Assembly: GCF_013122565.1 (NCBI RefSeq)
Contig: NZ_CP053258.1
DNA: 64,000 nucleotides
Direction: 5' to 3' (one strand)
Origin: Escherichia coli
GTDB lineage: Bacteria > Pseudomonadota > Gammaproteobacteria > Enterobacterales > Enterobacteriaceae
The stretch's first letter is position 1; every line of letters begins with the position of its first letter. The notes beneath the pieces are model-generated. The model did no database searches. It worked only from the letters and a program-made list of their open reading frames with translations, and was not told where the DNA came from. A program made the translations under genes and the position numbers. Below, piece after piece: positions 16,339 through 30,501 of the stretch.

Positions 16339-16797
16339 TCTGTAAATATTATTTAGCCGTAGTAATCACTCGCCGTAATTATTACGGCTAAATAAACATC
16401 AGCATCGCTTATTAATATTTGTTCTTTTGTGCGGCTTAGCATTTGGAAATTATTGACGCCAATTATAAATTCTATTTTTCTTACACGATTCAGCTAATGA
16501 ATCTTTATTTTCTCACCACCCAGTTGTCACTTTAATGATAATTATTTGTTAAATAATTGTTTTATTTTATATTGGTTATACCAATTGCCCGCCAAAACGC
16601 CTTCTGCACTACCCTTTCGTTATAACGCCCTTTTGCAACAGCTTCTTAAAATCAACTTGATATGTTTTGCAACATATGTGACCTGATAGCCAAATCCAAG
16701 TAACAGGAATTTAATCATGTTTACAGTAATGTAACCTTCCCGTAAAATGCCCACACACTTTAAACGCCACCAGATCCCGTGGAATTGAGGTCGTTAA
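16339..16797 (+). promoter_or_regulatory. AT-rich cyoABCDE promoter/regulatory region, including ampG terminator hairpin near 16349-16393
   Basis: 460-bp AT-rich intergenic region upstream of cyoA; near-perfect inverted repeat ttagccgtagtaat/attattacggctaa just after the ampG stop. Confidence 0.5.
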
Positions 16798-17745
<948 letters not shown>

Positions 17746-17754
17746 AGGGGTTGA

Positions 17755-20691
<2,937 letters not shown>

Positions 20692-20702
20692 GAGCGGCGG
20701 TT

Positions 20703-21593
20703 ATGATGTTTAAGCAATACCTGCAAGTAACGAAACCAGGCATCATCTTTGGCAACCTGATCTCGGTGATTGGGGGATTCCTACTGGCCTCAAAGGGCAG
20801 CATTGATTATCCCCTGTTTATCTACACGCTGGTTGGGGTGTCACTGGTTGTGGCGTCGGGTTGTGTGTTTAACAACTACATCGACAGGGATATCGACAGA
20901 AAGATGGAAAGGACGAAGAATCGGGTGCTGGTTAAAGGCCTGATCTCTCCTGCTGTCTCGCTGGTGTACGCCACCTTGCTGGGTATTGCTGGCTTTATGC
21001 TGCTGTGGTTTGGCGCGAATCCGCTGGCCTGCTGGCTGGGGGTGATGGGCTTTGTGGTTTATGTCGGTGTTTATAGCCTGTACATGAAACGCCACTCGGT
21101 CTACGGCACATTGATTGGTTCGCTCTCAGGCGCTGCGCCGCCGGTGATTGGCTACTGTGCGGTAACCGGCGAGTTCGATAGCGGCGCAGCGATCCTGCTG
21201 GCTATCTTCAGCCTGTGGCAGATGCCTCACTCCTATGCCATCGCCATTTTCCGCTTTAAGGATTACCAGGCGGCAAACATTCCGGTACTGCCGGTGGTAA
21301 AAGGCATTTCGGTGGCGAAGAATCACATCACGCTGTATATCATCGCCTTTGCCGTTGCCACGCTGATGCTCTCTCTTGGCGGTTACGCTGGGTATAAATA
21401 TCTGGTGGTCGCCGCGGCGGTGAGCGTCTGGTGGTTAGGTATGGCCCTGCGCGGTTATAAAGTTGCTGATGATCGAATCTGGGCGCGCAAGCTGTTCGGC
21501 TTCTCTATCATCGCCATCACTGCCCTCTCGGTGATGATGTCCGTTGATTTTATGGTGCCGGACTCGCATACGCTGCTGGCTGCTGTGTGGTAA
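20703..21593 (+). CDS. cyoE: Protoheme IX farnesyltransferase (heme O synthase)
   Basis: 296-aa product from [22 protein letters not shown] track start is 15 codons upstream. Confidence 0.95.
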
Positions 21594-21608
21594 CACAACC
21601 TCTCTATT

Positions 21609-21636
21609 AAAAAGGTGCTACGGCACCTTTTTTATT
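21609..21636 (+). terminator. Rho-independent terminator of the cyo operon
   Basis: aaaaAGGTGCtacgGCACCTtttttatt: GC stem, 4-nt loop, T-run. Confidence 0.7.
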
Positions 21637-21646
21637 GTCTGAGATC

Positions 21647-21724
21647 AGAGATACGGCTAATAACCGTATCTCTTGACAGAGTGAGCAGATGCACATAAAT
21701 TAATCATACGGTTGATAGCCGTAT
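21647..21724 (+). promoter_or_regulatory. Promoter with two ATACGG-N7-CCGTAT palindromes, candidate operators of the antitoxin-toxin operon
   Basis: Palindrome 1 at 21647-21673 (agagATACGGctaataaCCGTATctct), TTGACA -35 at 21673-21678, TAAATT -10-like at 21696-21701, palindrome 2 at 21706-21724 (ATACGGttgatagCCGTAT). Confidence 0.55.
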
Positions 21725-21777
21725 TATGTATGAGATCGACTCCCTACGATTTCATTCAGTTAATCAAAGAGGTCACA

Positions 21778-22089
21778 ATGCCTGGAAAAACAGCCACTCT
21801 ACCCGATGTCGATAAAACGCTGAAAAATGCGCGGGTTGAACTCAAAACCAGTCCCGACGCCAAAAACAGACTTCGTGAAGCTGCGCAAGCCGTTGGGTTA
21901 GATTTAAGCGCCTTTATTTTGAGCGCTGCTATGGAACGCGCCGAAAGCGTGCTTGATAACCAACGTCGCCGTGAGCTTTCGAATCAAAGCTGGGAACTGA
22001 TGAACCAACTCATCGCCGAACCTGCTCAACCGACGCTCGCACTCAAGGCGTTAATGAAAAGGAAAAACAGCGATGGTCGACAAGCATGA
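21778..22089 (+). CDS. DUF1778 (RHH-fold) antitoxin of a GNAT-toxin type II TA module (TacA/AtaR-like)
   Basis: About 103 aa from MPGKTATLPD with AAGAGG RBS 7 nt upstream; motif LSAFILSAAMERAESVL typical of DUF1778 antitoxins; 17-nt overlap with the downstream toxin; absent from this junction in K-12. Confidence 0.75.
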   Translation: MPGKTATLPDVDKTLKNARVELKTSPDAKNRLREAAQAVGLDLSAFILSAAMERAESVLDNQRRRELSNQSWELMNQLIAEPAQPTLALKALMKRKNSDGRQA

Positions 22090-22615
22090 AGAGATTACTC
22101 TGCCCATAGTCCTCTCCTGTAATTATCAGTCTGATATTACTTATCCTGGGCAAAAACAGTTTGATTGCGGTAACCCTGTTATCGATAAATTTGTACGCAC
22201 ATCGCTAAAGAAAAGTGTGCGTAATAGCGACTGTGCGGCTAAAGCACTTATTGACAGACAAAGTGGTGAACTGATTGGCATCTGTACTTTTACGGCATAT
22301 TCGCTGGAAAAACAACGCGTTTCTGGCGTCCTTCAGGGTTCACAGCCTTCAGAGATTGGTGTTGTCAGATTAGTCATGTTGGGGGTGGCGCGGAAGTATC
22401 AAAAGCGGGGCTTTGGTCAGGACCTACTATGTGATTTTTTTGAACATGTAAAAATAATTCACCAGGCATTACCAATTAAAGGGGTTTATCTTGATGCTGA
22501 CCCTGCCGCCATTAACTTTTATGCTCGTCTCGGCTTTGTTCAGCTTTCAGCGACACCAAATGCTTTTGGTGCTGTACCTATGTTTTTGGCGATTCAGCAT
22601 ATTCTCGCGGCTTAG
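22073..22615 (+). CDS. GNAT-family acetyltransferase toxin (TacT/AtaT/ItaT-like, probable aminoacyl-tRNA acetylating)
   Basis: 180 aa; acetyl-CoA-binding motif VRLVMLGVARKYQKRGFGQDLL and C-terminal FYARLGF; operonic with the DUF1778 antitoxin. Confidence 0.75.
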   Translation: MVDKHEEITLPIVLSCNYQSDITYPGQKQFDCGNPVIDKFVRTSLKKSVRNSDCAAKALIDRQSGELIGICTFTAYSLEKQRVSGVLQGSQPSEIGVVRLVMLGVARKYQKRGFGQDLLCDFFEHVKIIHQALPIKGVYLDADPAAINFYARLGFVQLSATPNAFGAVPMFLAIQHILAA

Positions 22616-22629
22616 ATTATTATCGCCAC

Positions 22630-22668
22630 CCGCCAGGGCAAGTCTTGCCTCAGCCGGGGGCTGAGTAG
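22630..22668. terminator. Hairpin between the convergent toxin and Sel1-repeat genes, putative bidirectional terminator
   Basis: CTCAGCCgggGGCTGAG inverted repeat at 22649-22665. Confidence 0.45.
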
Positions 22669-22670
22669 CG

Positions 22671-23606
22671 TTACCACTTTTGTTCAATTGCCCCCGCTTT
22701 CAGCAACTCCACATCCTTGCCGTTAATGGTTGCCGTTGCGGCAACGATTGTGGTCCTTACAGTTGCACAAGATTTTCGCTCAAATTCCGGTTTATAAAGA
22801 ATTAGAGACGAATTACTGGTAAATGAATCAAATATGTAATCAGTAAAGCTAATATTCAGCCGGTTTAAACCGAAAGGCGCGAAGCCAACCGTTTGGTTAA
22901 TCTCTTTACCGGATGGGCTACGAATGCTGAATGTCACGCGAAGATTGGCCACTTCGCCTAATTTATTGGTGGTGACGAAGAGGCTATCCATGCAGGAAAA
23001 ACCTTTATCTAAAAAATTATCCCGCATCCCAGAACGGGTAACCGTGATCACGGGTAATGTATCGTCAACCGTTTTTCTGTCAATCATGTCTTTTCGACAT
23101 GTAGCCAGAAAGTCTTCCGGACCACCATAAATGTGGACACCTTTATCAAGATATTCCTTCGCTTTCTTACAATCTACCTCAACATACTGACCATTGGCGT
23201 ACATCATGCCCAACCTGGACCATGCTAAATTCACACCGTATTGCGCGGCCTGATTAAATAGTGCATACGCTTTGGCATAATCCACCCGCACCAGCTCACC
23301 GTCGTAGTAGATACTCCCCAGCGCTAACGGAGCTTCTCTGTCACCGTGTTTAGCGGCTAACTCGAACCATTTAATCGCTTCCTGAACATCAGGTTTGGTA
23401 TCATAACGAGGCTGATAATATTCCCAGCCTAACAGGCTCTGCGCGTCGACATCTCCCAATTCAGCCATTTTATGCAGTGTATTTATAACATCGGGCGCAG
23501 GTTGACCACCATATATGCTGTCATACAATTCATGAGCTTTCTCGCTTGCCACCACGCCTGGTGAAACTATTAGCATTAAAGAAAATAATATTCTTTTAGT
23601 TAACAT
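22671..23606 (-). CDS. Secreted Sel1-repeat (TPR-like) protein with uncharacterised beta-rich C-terminal domain
   Basis: Likely start at internal Met giving MLTKRILFSLMLIVSPGVVA signal peptide; about three Sel1 repeats (LGWEYY, LGSIYYDG, LGMMYANG); AT-rich; absent from this junction in K-12. Confidence 0.7.
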   Translation of the reverse strand: MLTKRILFSLMLIVSPGVVASEKAHELYDSIYGGQPAPDVINTLHKMAELGDVDAQSLLGWEYYQPRYDTKPDVQEAIKWFELAAKHGDREAPLALGSIYYDGELVRVDYAKAYALFNQAAQYGVNLAWSRLGMMYANGQYVEVDCKKAKEYLDKGVHIYGGPEDFLATCRKDMIDRKTVDDTLPVITVTRSGMRDNFLDKGFSCMDSLFVTTNKLGEVANLRVTFSIRSPSGKEINQTVGFAPFGLNRLNISFTDYIFDSFTSNSSLILYKPEFERKSCATVRTTIVAATATINGKDVELLKAGAIEQKW

Positions 23607-24012
23607 GTATACCTTTATGTCCTCACTGTCATATATTTCCATAATAATTAACCACCAAGCATCCATTTAATGAATAAATACAGTGCCATAAATGCCCAAG
23701 TAATAAGCACACATTTAGCCTGAAACATTATCATCCATGTCACCAAATCGTTTATTTAGTAAGATAAAACTAGCATATTCGTAAGATAAAAAATGCACAT
23801 GGTAATCAAGAAATGATATTATTATTTTTTTGATGTAAAACTATTTAGCTTTAAAATTCATTTTTTCAACATATAGAGCATTCATTTTATGAATGCAAAA
23901 AACATACCTGACACACAAATTATTCTCCTCTGTAATATTTTCTCATTAACACTCTGTTTACCCAACATGCGCTCCGCACTACACTATGTGGGCATTTTTT
24001 TAAGAGGTGGTA

Positions 24013-25377
24013 ATGAACGATTATAAAATGACACCAGGTGAGCGGCGCGCGACCTGGGGTTTAGGAACCGTTTTCTCGTTGCGCATGCTGGGCATGTTTA
24101 TGGTTCTGCCGGTTCTGACCACGTACGGCATGGCTCTGCAAGGTGCCAGCGAAGCATTAATCGGTATTGCCATTGGTATTTATGGTCTGACTCAGGCCGT
24201 TTTTCAGATTCCGTTTGGCCTGCTTTCCGACCGCATTGGTCGCAAACCATTAATTGTCGGTGGGCTGGCGGTGTTTGCCGCCGGTAGCGTTATCGCTGCG
24301 CTTTCTGACTCCATCTGGGGAATTATTCTGGGCCGGGCGCTACAAGGCTCCGGTGCGATTGCCGCTGCCGTTATGGCGCTGCTTTCCGATCTCACGCGCG
24401 AACAAAACCGCACCAAAGCGATGGCGTTTATCGGCGTGAGCTTTGGCATTACCTTCGCCATTGCGATGGTGCTTGGCCCAATCATCACTCACAAACTTGG
24501 GCTGCACGCGCTGTTCTGGATGATCGCTATTCTGGCAACGACCGGCATTGCATTGACCATTTGGGTTGTGCCCAACAGTAGCACTCACGTACTTAATCGT
24601 GAGTCCGGAATGGTGAAAGGCAGTTTCAGTAAAGTACTGGCGGAACCGCGGCTGCTGAAACTCAACTTTGGCATTATGTGTCTGCACATGCTTCTGATGT
24701 CTACGTTTGTTGCCCTGCCCGGACAGCTGGCTGATGCGGGGTTCCCGGCGGCTGAACACTGGAAGGTCTACCTGGCAACGATGCTAATCGCCTTTGGCTC
24801 GGTCGTGCCTTTCATAATCTACGCTGAAGTTAAGCGCAAAATGAAGCAAGTCTTTGTCTTCTGCGTCGGGTTGATCGTGGTTGCGGAAATTGTGTTGTGG
24901 AACGCACAAACGCAGTTCTGGCAACTGGTAGTCGGCGTGCAGCTTTTCTTTGTGGCGTTTAATTTGATGGAAGCCCTTCTGCCCTCACTTATCAGTAAAG
25001 AGTCGCCAGCAGGTTACAAAGGTACGGCGATGGGTGTTTACTCCACCAGCCAGTTTCTTGGCGTGGCGATTGGCGGTTCGCTGGGCGGCTGGATTGACGG
25101 CATGTTTGACGGTCAGGGTGTATTTCTCGCTGGCGCAATGCTGGCCGCAGTGTGGCTGGCAGTCGCCAGTACCATGAAAGAACCGCCGTATGTCAGCAGC
25201 TTACGCATTGAAATCCCTGCGGACATTGCCGCAAACGAAGCGTTAAAAGTACGTTTGCTGGAAACTGAAGGCGTCAAAGAAGTGTTGATTGCAGAAGAAG
25301 AACATTCAGCTTATGTGAAAATCGACAGCAAAGTGACGAATCGCTTTGAGGTTGAACAGGCAATTCGTCAGGCATAA
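24013..25377 (+). CDS. yajR: MFS transporter YajR
   Basis: 454-aa product from MNDYKMTPGERRATWGLGTVFSL; AAGAGG RBS; ORF track start at 24007 is an upstream GTG. Confidence 0.92.
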   Translation: MNDYKMTPGERRATWGLGTVFSLRMLGMFMVLPVLTTYGMALQGASEALIGIAIGIYGLTQAVFQIPFGLLSDRIGRKPLIVGGLAVFAAGSVIAALSDSIWGIILGRALQGSGAIAAAVMALLSDLTREQNRTKAMAFIGVSFGITFAIAMVLGPIITHKLGLHALFWMIAILATTGIALTIWVVPNSSTHVLNRESGMVKGSFSKVLAEPRLLKLNFGIMCLHMLLMSTFVALPGQLADAGFPAAEHWKVYLATMLIAFGSVVPFIIYAEVKRKMKQVFVFCVGLIVVAEIVLWNAQTQFWQLVVGVQLFFVAFNLMEALLPSLISKESPAGYKGTAMGVYSTSQFLGVAIGGSLGGWIDGMFDGQGVFLAGAMLAAVWLAVASTMKEPPYVSSLRIEIPADIAANEALKVRLLETEGVKEVLIAEEEHSAYVKIDSKVTNRFEVEQAIRQA

Positions 25378-25392
25378 AAAACGCGGCGAATT

Positions 25393-25486
25393 GCCTGCTG
25401 CGCTACGCTTACCAGGCCTACAAAGTTCTTGAGTTACAAACCGTTGTAGGCCGAATTAGCTGTTCATGCTGCATTCGGCATGAACA
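25393..25486. repeat. REP-like elements and hairpin between yajR and yajQ
   Basis: gcctgctgcgctacgcttaccaggcctac resembles REP consensus; 9-bp stem tgttcatgc/gcatgaaca at 25461-25486. Confidence 0.5.
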
Positions 25487-25504
25487 AAACGCACATAGTC
25501 GCGA

Positions 25505-25996
25505 TTAATCGCGGAAGTTTTTGAACTGGAACGGCTGGCCGAGATCGCCACCACGTACCATCGCCATGACAGCCTGCAAATCATCACGAGATTTGCCCGT
25601 TACGCGGATTTCATCGCCCTGAATTTGCGCCTGCACTTTCAGTTTGCTGTCTTTGATCATCTTGACGATTTTTTTCTGGGTCGCGCTCTCAATGCCCTGT
25701 TTCAGTTTCGCTTCCACAAACCAGGTTTTACCGCTATGAACGATATTCTCCGGTACATCCAGTGAACTGCCTTCAATGCCGCGCTTCAGCAGCTTGGCAC
25801 GCAAAATATCCAGCAACTGATTGACCTGGAAATCGGACTCGCTCAACACTTTGATGGTTTTGCTGGCGTCGTTCAGCTCAAATGAGGCTTCAACATTACG
25901 GAAGTCAAAACGGGACTCCACTTCGCGGCTCGCGTTATCGACCGCGTTACGTGCTTCCTGAAGATCAACTTCAGAGACAATATCGAAAGATGGCAT
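25505..25996 (-). CDS. yajQ: UPF0234 nucleotide-binding protein YajQ
   Basis: 163-aa product from [24 protein letters not shown] track start is 56 codons upstream. Confidence 0.92.
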
Positions 25997-26073
25997 CTTT
26001 TCCTCTCCCTTCATTTTTGATGCGAAGCATAATACCCGCAAAGTTAAATAACCGACAGTCCCGCACCAGGACG

Positions 26074-26121
26074 TATCCCTTAATTGTGCATAGTCACAAC
26101 AGCATGCACAATTAAGGGATA
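26074..26121. promoter_or_regulatory. Perfect 18-bp inverted repeat with 12-bp spacer in the divergent yajQ/panE promoter region
   Basis: TATCCCTTAATTGTGCAT (26074-26091) and ATGCACAATTAAGGGATA (26104-26121), read directly. Confidence 0.5.
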
Positions 26122-26163
26122 GCCTTATTGAACACCCGGAGTGGTTGCGGGTGAGGAGGAACA

Positions 26164-27628
<1,465 letters not shown>

Positions 27629-27629
27629 T

Positions 27630-27672
27630 GTCGGATGCGGCAAACGTCGCATCTGACCAGATGCGACGTAAA
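27630..27672. terminator. REP-like inverted repeat, bidirectional terminator between convergent yajL and thiI
   Basis: Perfect 12-bp arms ACGTCGCATCTG / CAGATGCGACGT at 27644-27669. Confidence 0.5.
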
Positions 27673-27681
27673 AACCACAAA

Positions 27682-29130
27682 TTATGGGCGATACACCTTC
27701 ACATTGTTAAAGCCCTGCTCGCGCAGATAGAGCGCCTGCAGACGGCTCATCACCCCGCGCTCACACCACAGTAGCCAGGTTCTGTTCTGGTCGAGATCGC
27801 CAAATTTGGTGCTCAGTTTATAGAACGGCAGAGAAACCACGTCGATACCTTCAACCTTCAGTGGCTTATCTTCTTGTTCATCGATAGAACGGATATCGAG
27901 GATCACGTCGTTCGGGCCAAAGCCATTGACGGTTTCCACTTCCACAACTTCCTGCTCGGTCTGCTGGGCGATTTCGCGGATATCAACGTTATTCGCTTCC
28001 TCAACCACTTTATCGAGAATACTGAAGTCGAACTTCTCTTCTTCCGCTTCAATCTTCGATTTAACCGCTTTCACCGTCGGGCTTTTGGAGATCACGCCAC
28101 AATATTCCGGCATCGTGCGAGCAAAGTCTTCGGTGCCAATCTGGCGGGCCAGGTTGATGATGTGCTCTTTGTCGTAAGAAATCAGCGGACGCAGGATCAG
28201 CGTATCAGAGACGTTATCAATCAGGCGCAGGTTGGTCAGTGTCTGGCTGGACACCTGGCCGAGCGCTTCACCGGTGACCAGCGCCTGTACGCCGTAACGT
28301 TCTGCCACTTTAGACGCGGCACGCACCATCATACGTTTGAGGATAACGCCCATCTGACCGTCGTCAACTTTTTCCAGGATCTCACCGACCACTGGCTCAA
28401 AGTTGATGGCGACAAAACGCACGCGGTGGGAGCTGCCAAAGCGGTTCCACAGATAATGCGCCACCTGACGCACGCCAATTTCATGCGCCGCGCCGCCAAG
28501 GTTAAAGAAGCAGTAGTGCACCCGGCAGCCGCGACGCATCAACATATAGCTGGATACACCGGAGTCGAAACCACCGGAAATGAGCGACAGCACATCTTCC
28601 TGGGTGCCGATCGGGAAACCACCAATACCTTCGTAGCGGCCTTTAATCAGCAGGAGACGATCGTCTTCAACTTCCAGATGGACAGTGACATCCGGGTTAG
28701 TCAGCTTCACGCGCGCGGATTCAATATGCTGATTTAAACCGCCGCCGACGTAACGTTCCACATCAATCGAGCTAAAATCATGTTTGCCACGGCGCTTCAC
28801 GCGTACGCAGAAGGTTTTCCCTTCCAGCTGATCGCGATACTGAACCAACGCTTTCTCGAAAATATCGTGCATGTCGGTAAACGGCACGTCTTCGACTTCG
28901 AGAATATGGTGGATACCCGGAATACGGGTCAGGGCGTCGCGAATGGCCAGACGCTGGTTCTCATCTTTTGCGCGAACTTCGATGTTATCCCAGTGGCGGA
29001 CGACAGCGAGCGTCTCATCATAGTGCTTTAAAACGTTACGAATGTTCCCGGTAAGGATTTTTATAAAGCGCAAGCGCACAGATTGGCTTTTGATGGTGAT
29101 TTCCGGGAACAATTTAATGATAAACTTCAT
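27682..29130 (-). CDS. thiI: tRNA 4-thiouridine synthase ThiI
   Basis: 482 aa [19 protein letters not shown] matches ThiI. Confidence 0.96.
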   Translation of the reverse strand: MKFIIKLFPEITIKSQSVRLRFIKILTGNIRNVLKHYDETLAVVRHWDNIEVRAKDENQRLAIRDALTRIPGIHHILEVEDVPFTDMHDIFEKALVQYRDQLEGKTFCVRVKRRGKHDFSSIDVERYVGGGLNQHIESARVKLTNPDVTVHLEVEDDRLLLIKGRYEGIGGFPIGTQEDVLSLISGGFDSGVSSYMLMRRGCRVHYCFFNLGGAAHEIGVRQVAHYLWNRFGSSHRVRFVAINFEPVVGEILEKVDDGQMGVILKRMMVRAASKVAERYGVQALVTGEALGQVSSQTLTNLRLIDNVSDTLILRPLISYDKEHIINLARQIGTEDFARTMPEYCGVISKSPTVKAVKSKIEAEEEKFDFSILDKVVEEANNVDIREIAQQTEQEVVEVETVNGFGPNDVILDIRSIDEQEDKPLKVEGIDVVSLPFYKLSTKFGDLDQNRTWLLWCERGVMSRLQALYLREQGFNNVKVYRP

Positions 29131-29335
29131 GGCGGCAATGGTTCGTTGGCAAGCCTTAAGCGACTTGTATAGGGAAAAATACAGCAGCCCACACCTGCGG
29201 CTGCATCCAGGCGCGGAAGTATACCACTAACATCGCTTTGCTGCGCACATCACCTTACCATTGCGCGTTATTTGCTATTTGCCCTGAGTCCGTTACCATG
29301 ACGGGGCGAAAAATATTGAGAGTCAGACATTCATT

Positions 29336-29578
29336 ATGCCGAAGAAAAATGAGGCGCCCGCCAGCTTTGAAAAGGCGCTGAGCGAGCTGGAACAGATTGT
29401 AACCCGTCTGGAAAGTGGCGACCTGCCGCTGGAAGAGGCGCTGAACGAGTTCGAACGCGGCGTGCAGCTGGCACGTCAGGGGCAGGCCAAATTACAACAA
29501 GCCGAACAGCGCGTGCAAATTCTGCTGTCTGACAATGAAGACGCCTCTCTAACCCCTTTTACACCGGACAATGAGTAA
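29336..29578 (+). CDS. xseB: Exodeoxyribonuclease VII small subunit
   Basis: 80 aa matches XseB. Confidence 0.95.
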
Positions 29579-30477
29579 TGGACTTTCCGCAGCAACTCGA
29601 AGCCTGCGTTAAGCAGGCCAACCAGGCGCTGAGCCGTTTTATCGCCCCACTGCCCTTTCAGAACACTCCCGTGGTCGAAACCATGCAGTATGGCGCATTA
29701 TTAGGTGGTAAGCGTCTGCGACCTTTCCTGGTTTATGCCACCGGTCATATGTTTGGCGTTAGCACAAACACGCTGGACGCACCCGCTGCCGCCGTAGAGT
29801 GTATCCACGCTTACTCATTAATTCATGATGATTTACCGGCGATGGATGATGACGATCTGCGTCGCGGTTTGCCGACCTGCCATGTGAAGTTTGGCGAAGC
29901 GAACGCGATTCTCGCTGGTGACGCTTTACAAACGCTGGCGTTCTCGATTCTAAGCGATGCCGATATGCCGGAAGTGTCGGACCGCGACAGAATTTCGATG
30001 ATTTCAGAACTGGCAAGCGCCAGCGGTATTGCCGGAATGTGCGGTGGTCAGGCATTAGATTTAGATGCGGAAGGCAAACACGTACCTCTGGACGCACTCG
30101 AGCGTATTCATCGTCATAAAACCGGCGCATTGATTCGCGCCGCCGTTCGCCTTGGTGCATTAAGCGCCGGAGATAAAGGACGTCGTGCTCTGCCAGTACT
30201 CGACAAGTACGCAGAGAGCATCGGCCTTGCCTTCCAGGTTCAGGATGACATCCTGGATGTGGTGGGAGATACTGCAACGTTGGGAAAACGTCAGGGTGCC
30301 GACCAGCAGCTTGGCAAAAGTACCTACCCTGCACTCCTGGGTCTTGAGCAAGCCCGGAAGAAAGCCCGGGATCTGATCGACGATGCCCGCCAGTCGCTGA
30401 AACAACTGGCTGAACAGTCACTCGATACCTCGGCACTGGAAGCGCTAGCGGACTACATCATCCAGCGTAATAAATAA
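29578..30477 (+). CDS. ispA: Farnesyl diphosphate synthase
   Basis: 299 aa; DDLPAMDDDDLRRG and QVQDDILD aspartate-rich motifs. Confidence 0.96.
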   Translation: MDFPQQLEACVKQANQALSRFIAPLPFQNTPVVETMQYGALLGGKRLRPFLVYATGHMFGVSTNTLDAPAAAVECIHAYSLIHDDLPAMDDDDLRRGLPTCHVKFGEANAILAGDALQTLAFSILSDADMPEVSDRDRISMISELASASGIAGMCGGQALDLDAEGKHVPLDALERIHRHKTGALIRAAVRLGALSAGDKGRRALPVLDKYAESIGLAFQVQDDILDVVGDTATLGKRQGADQQLGKSTYPALLGLEQARKKARDLIDDARQSLKQLAEQSLDTSALEALADYIIQRNK

Positions 30478-30501
30478 ACAATAAGTATTAATAGGCCCCT
30501 G

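Noticed and set aside
21712-21777. Upstream in-frame extension of the antitoxin ORF (track start 21712)
   Set aside because: The extension would begin inside the operator palindrome and lacks an RBS; the ATG at 21778 has an AAGAGG RBS and gives the typical DUF1778 length
25380-25500. Possible small RNA or mobile-element remnant between yajR and yajQ
   Set aside because: Sequence matches REP-type palindromic repeats common in E. coli intergenic regions; no promoter or terminator pair suggestive of an sRNA
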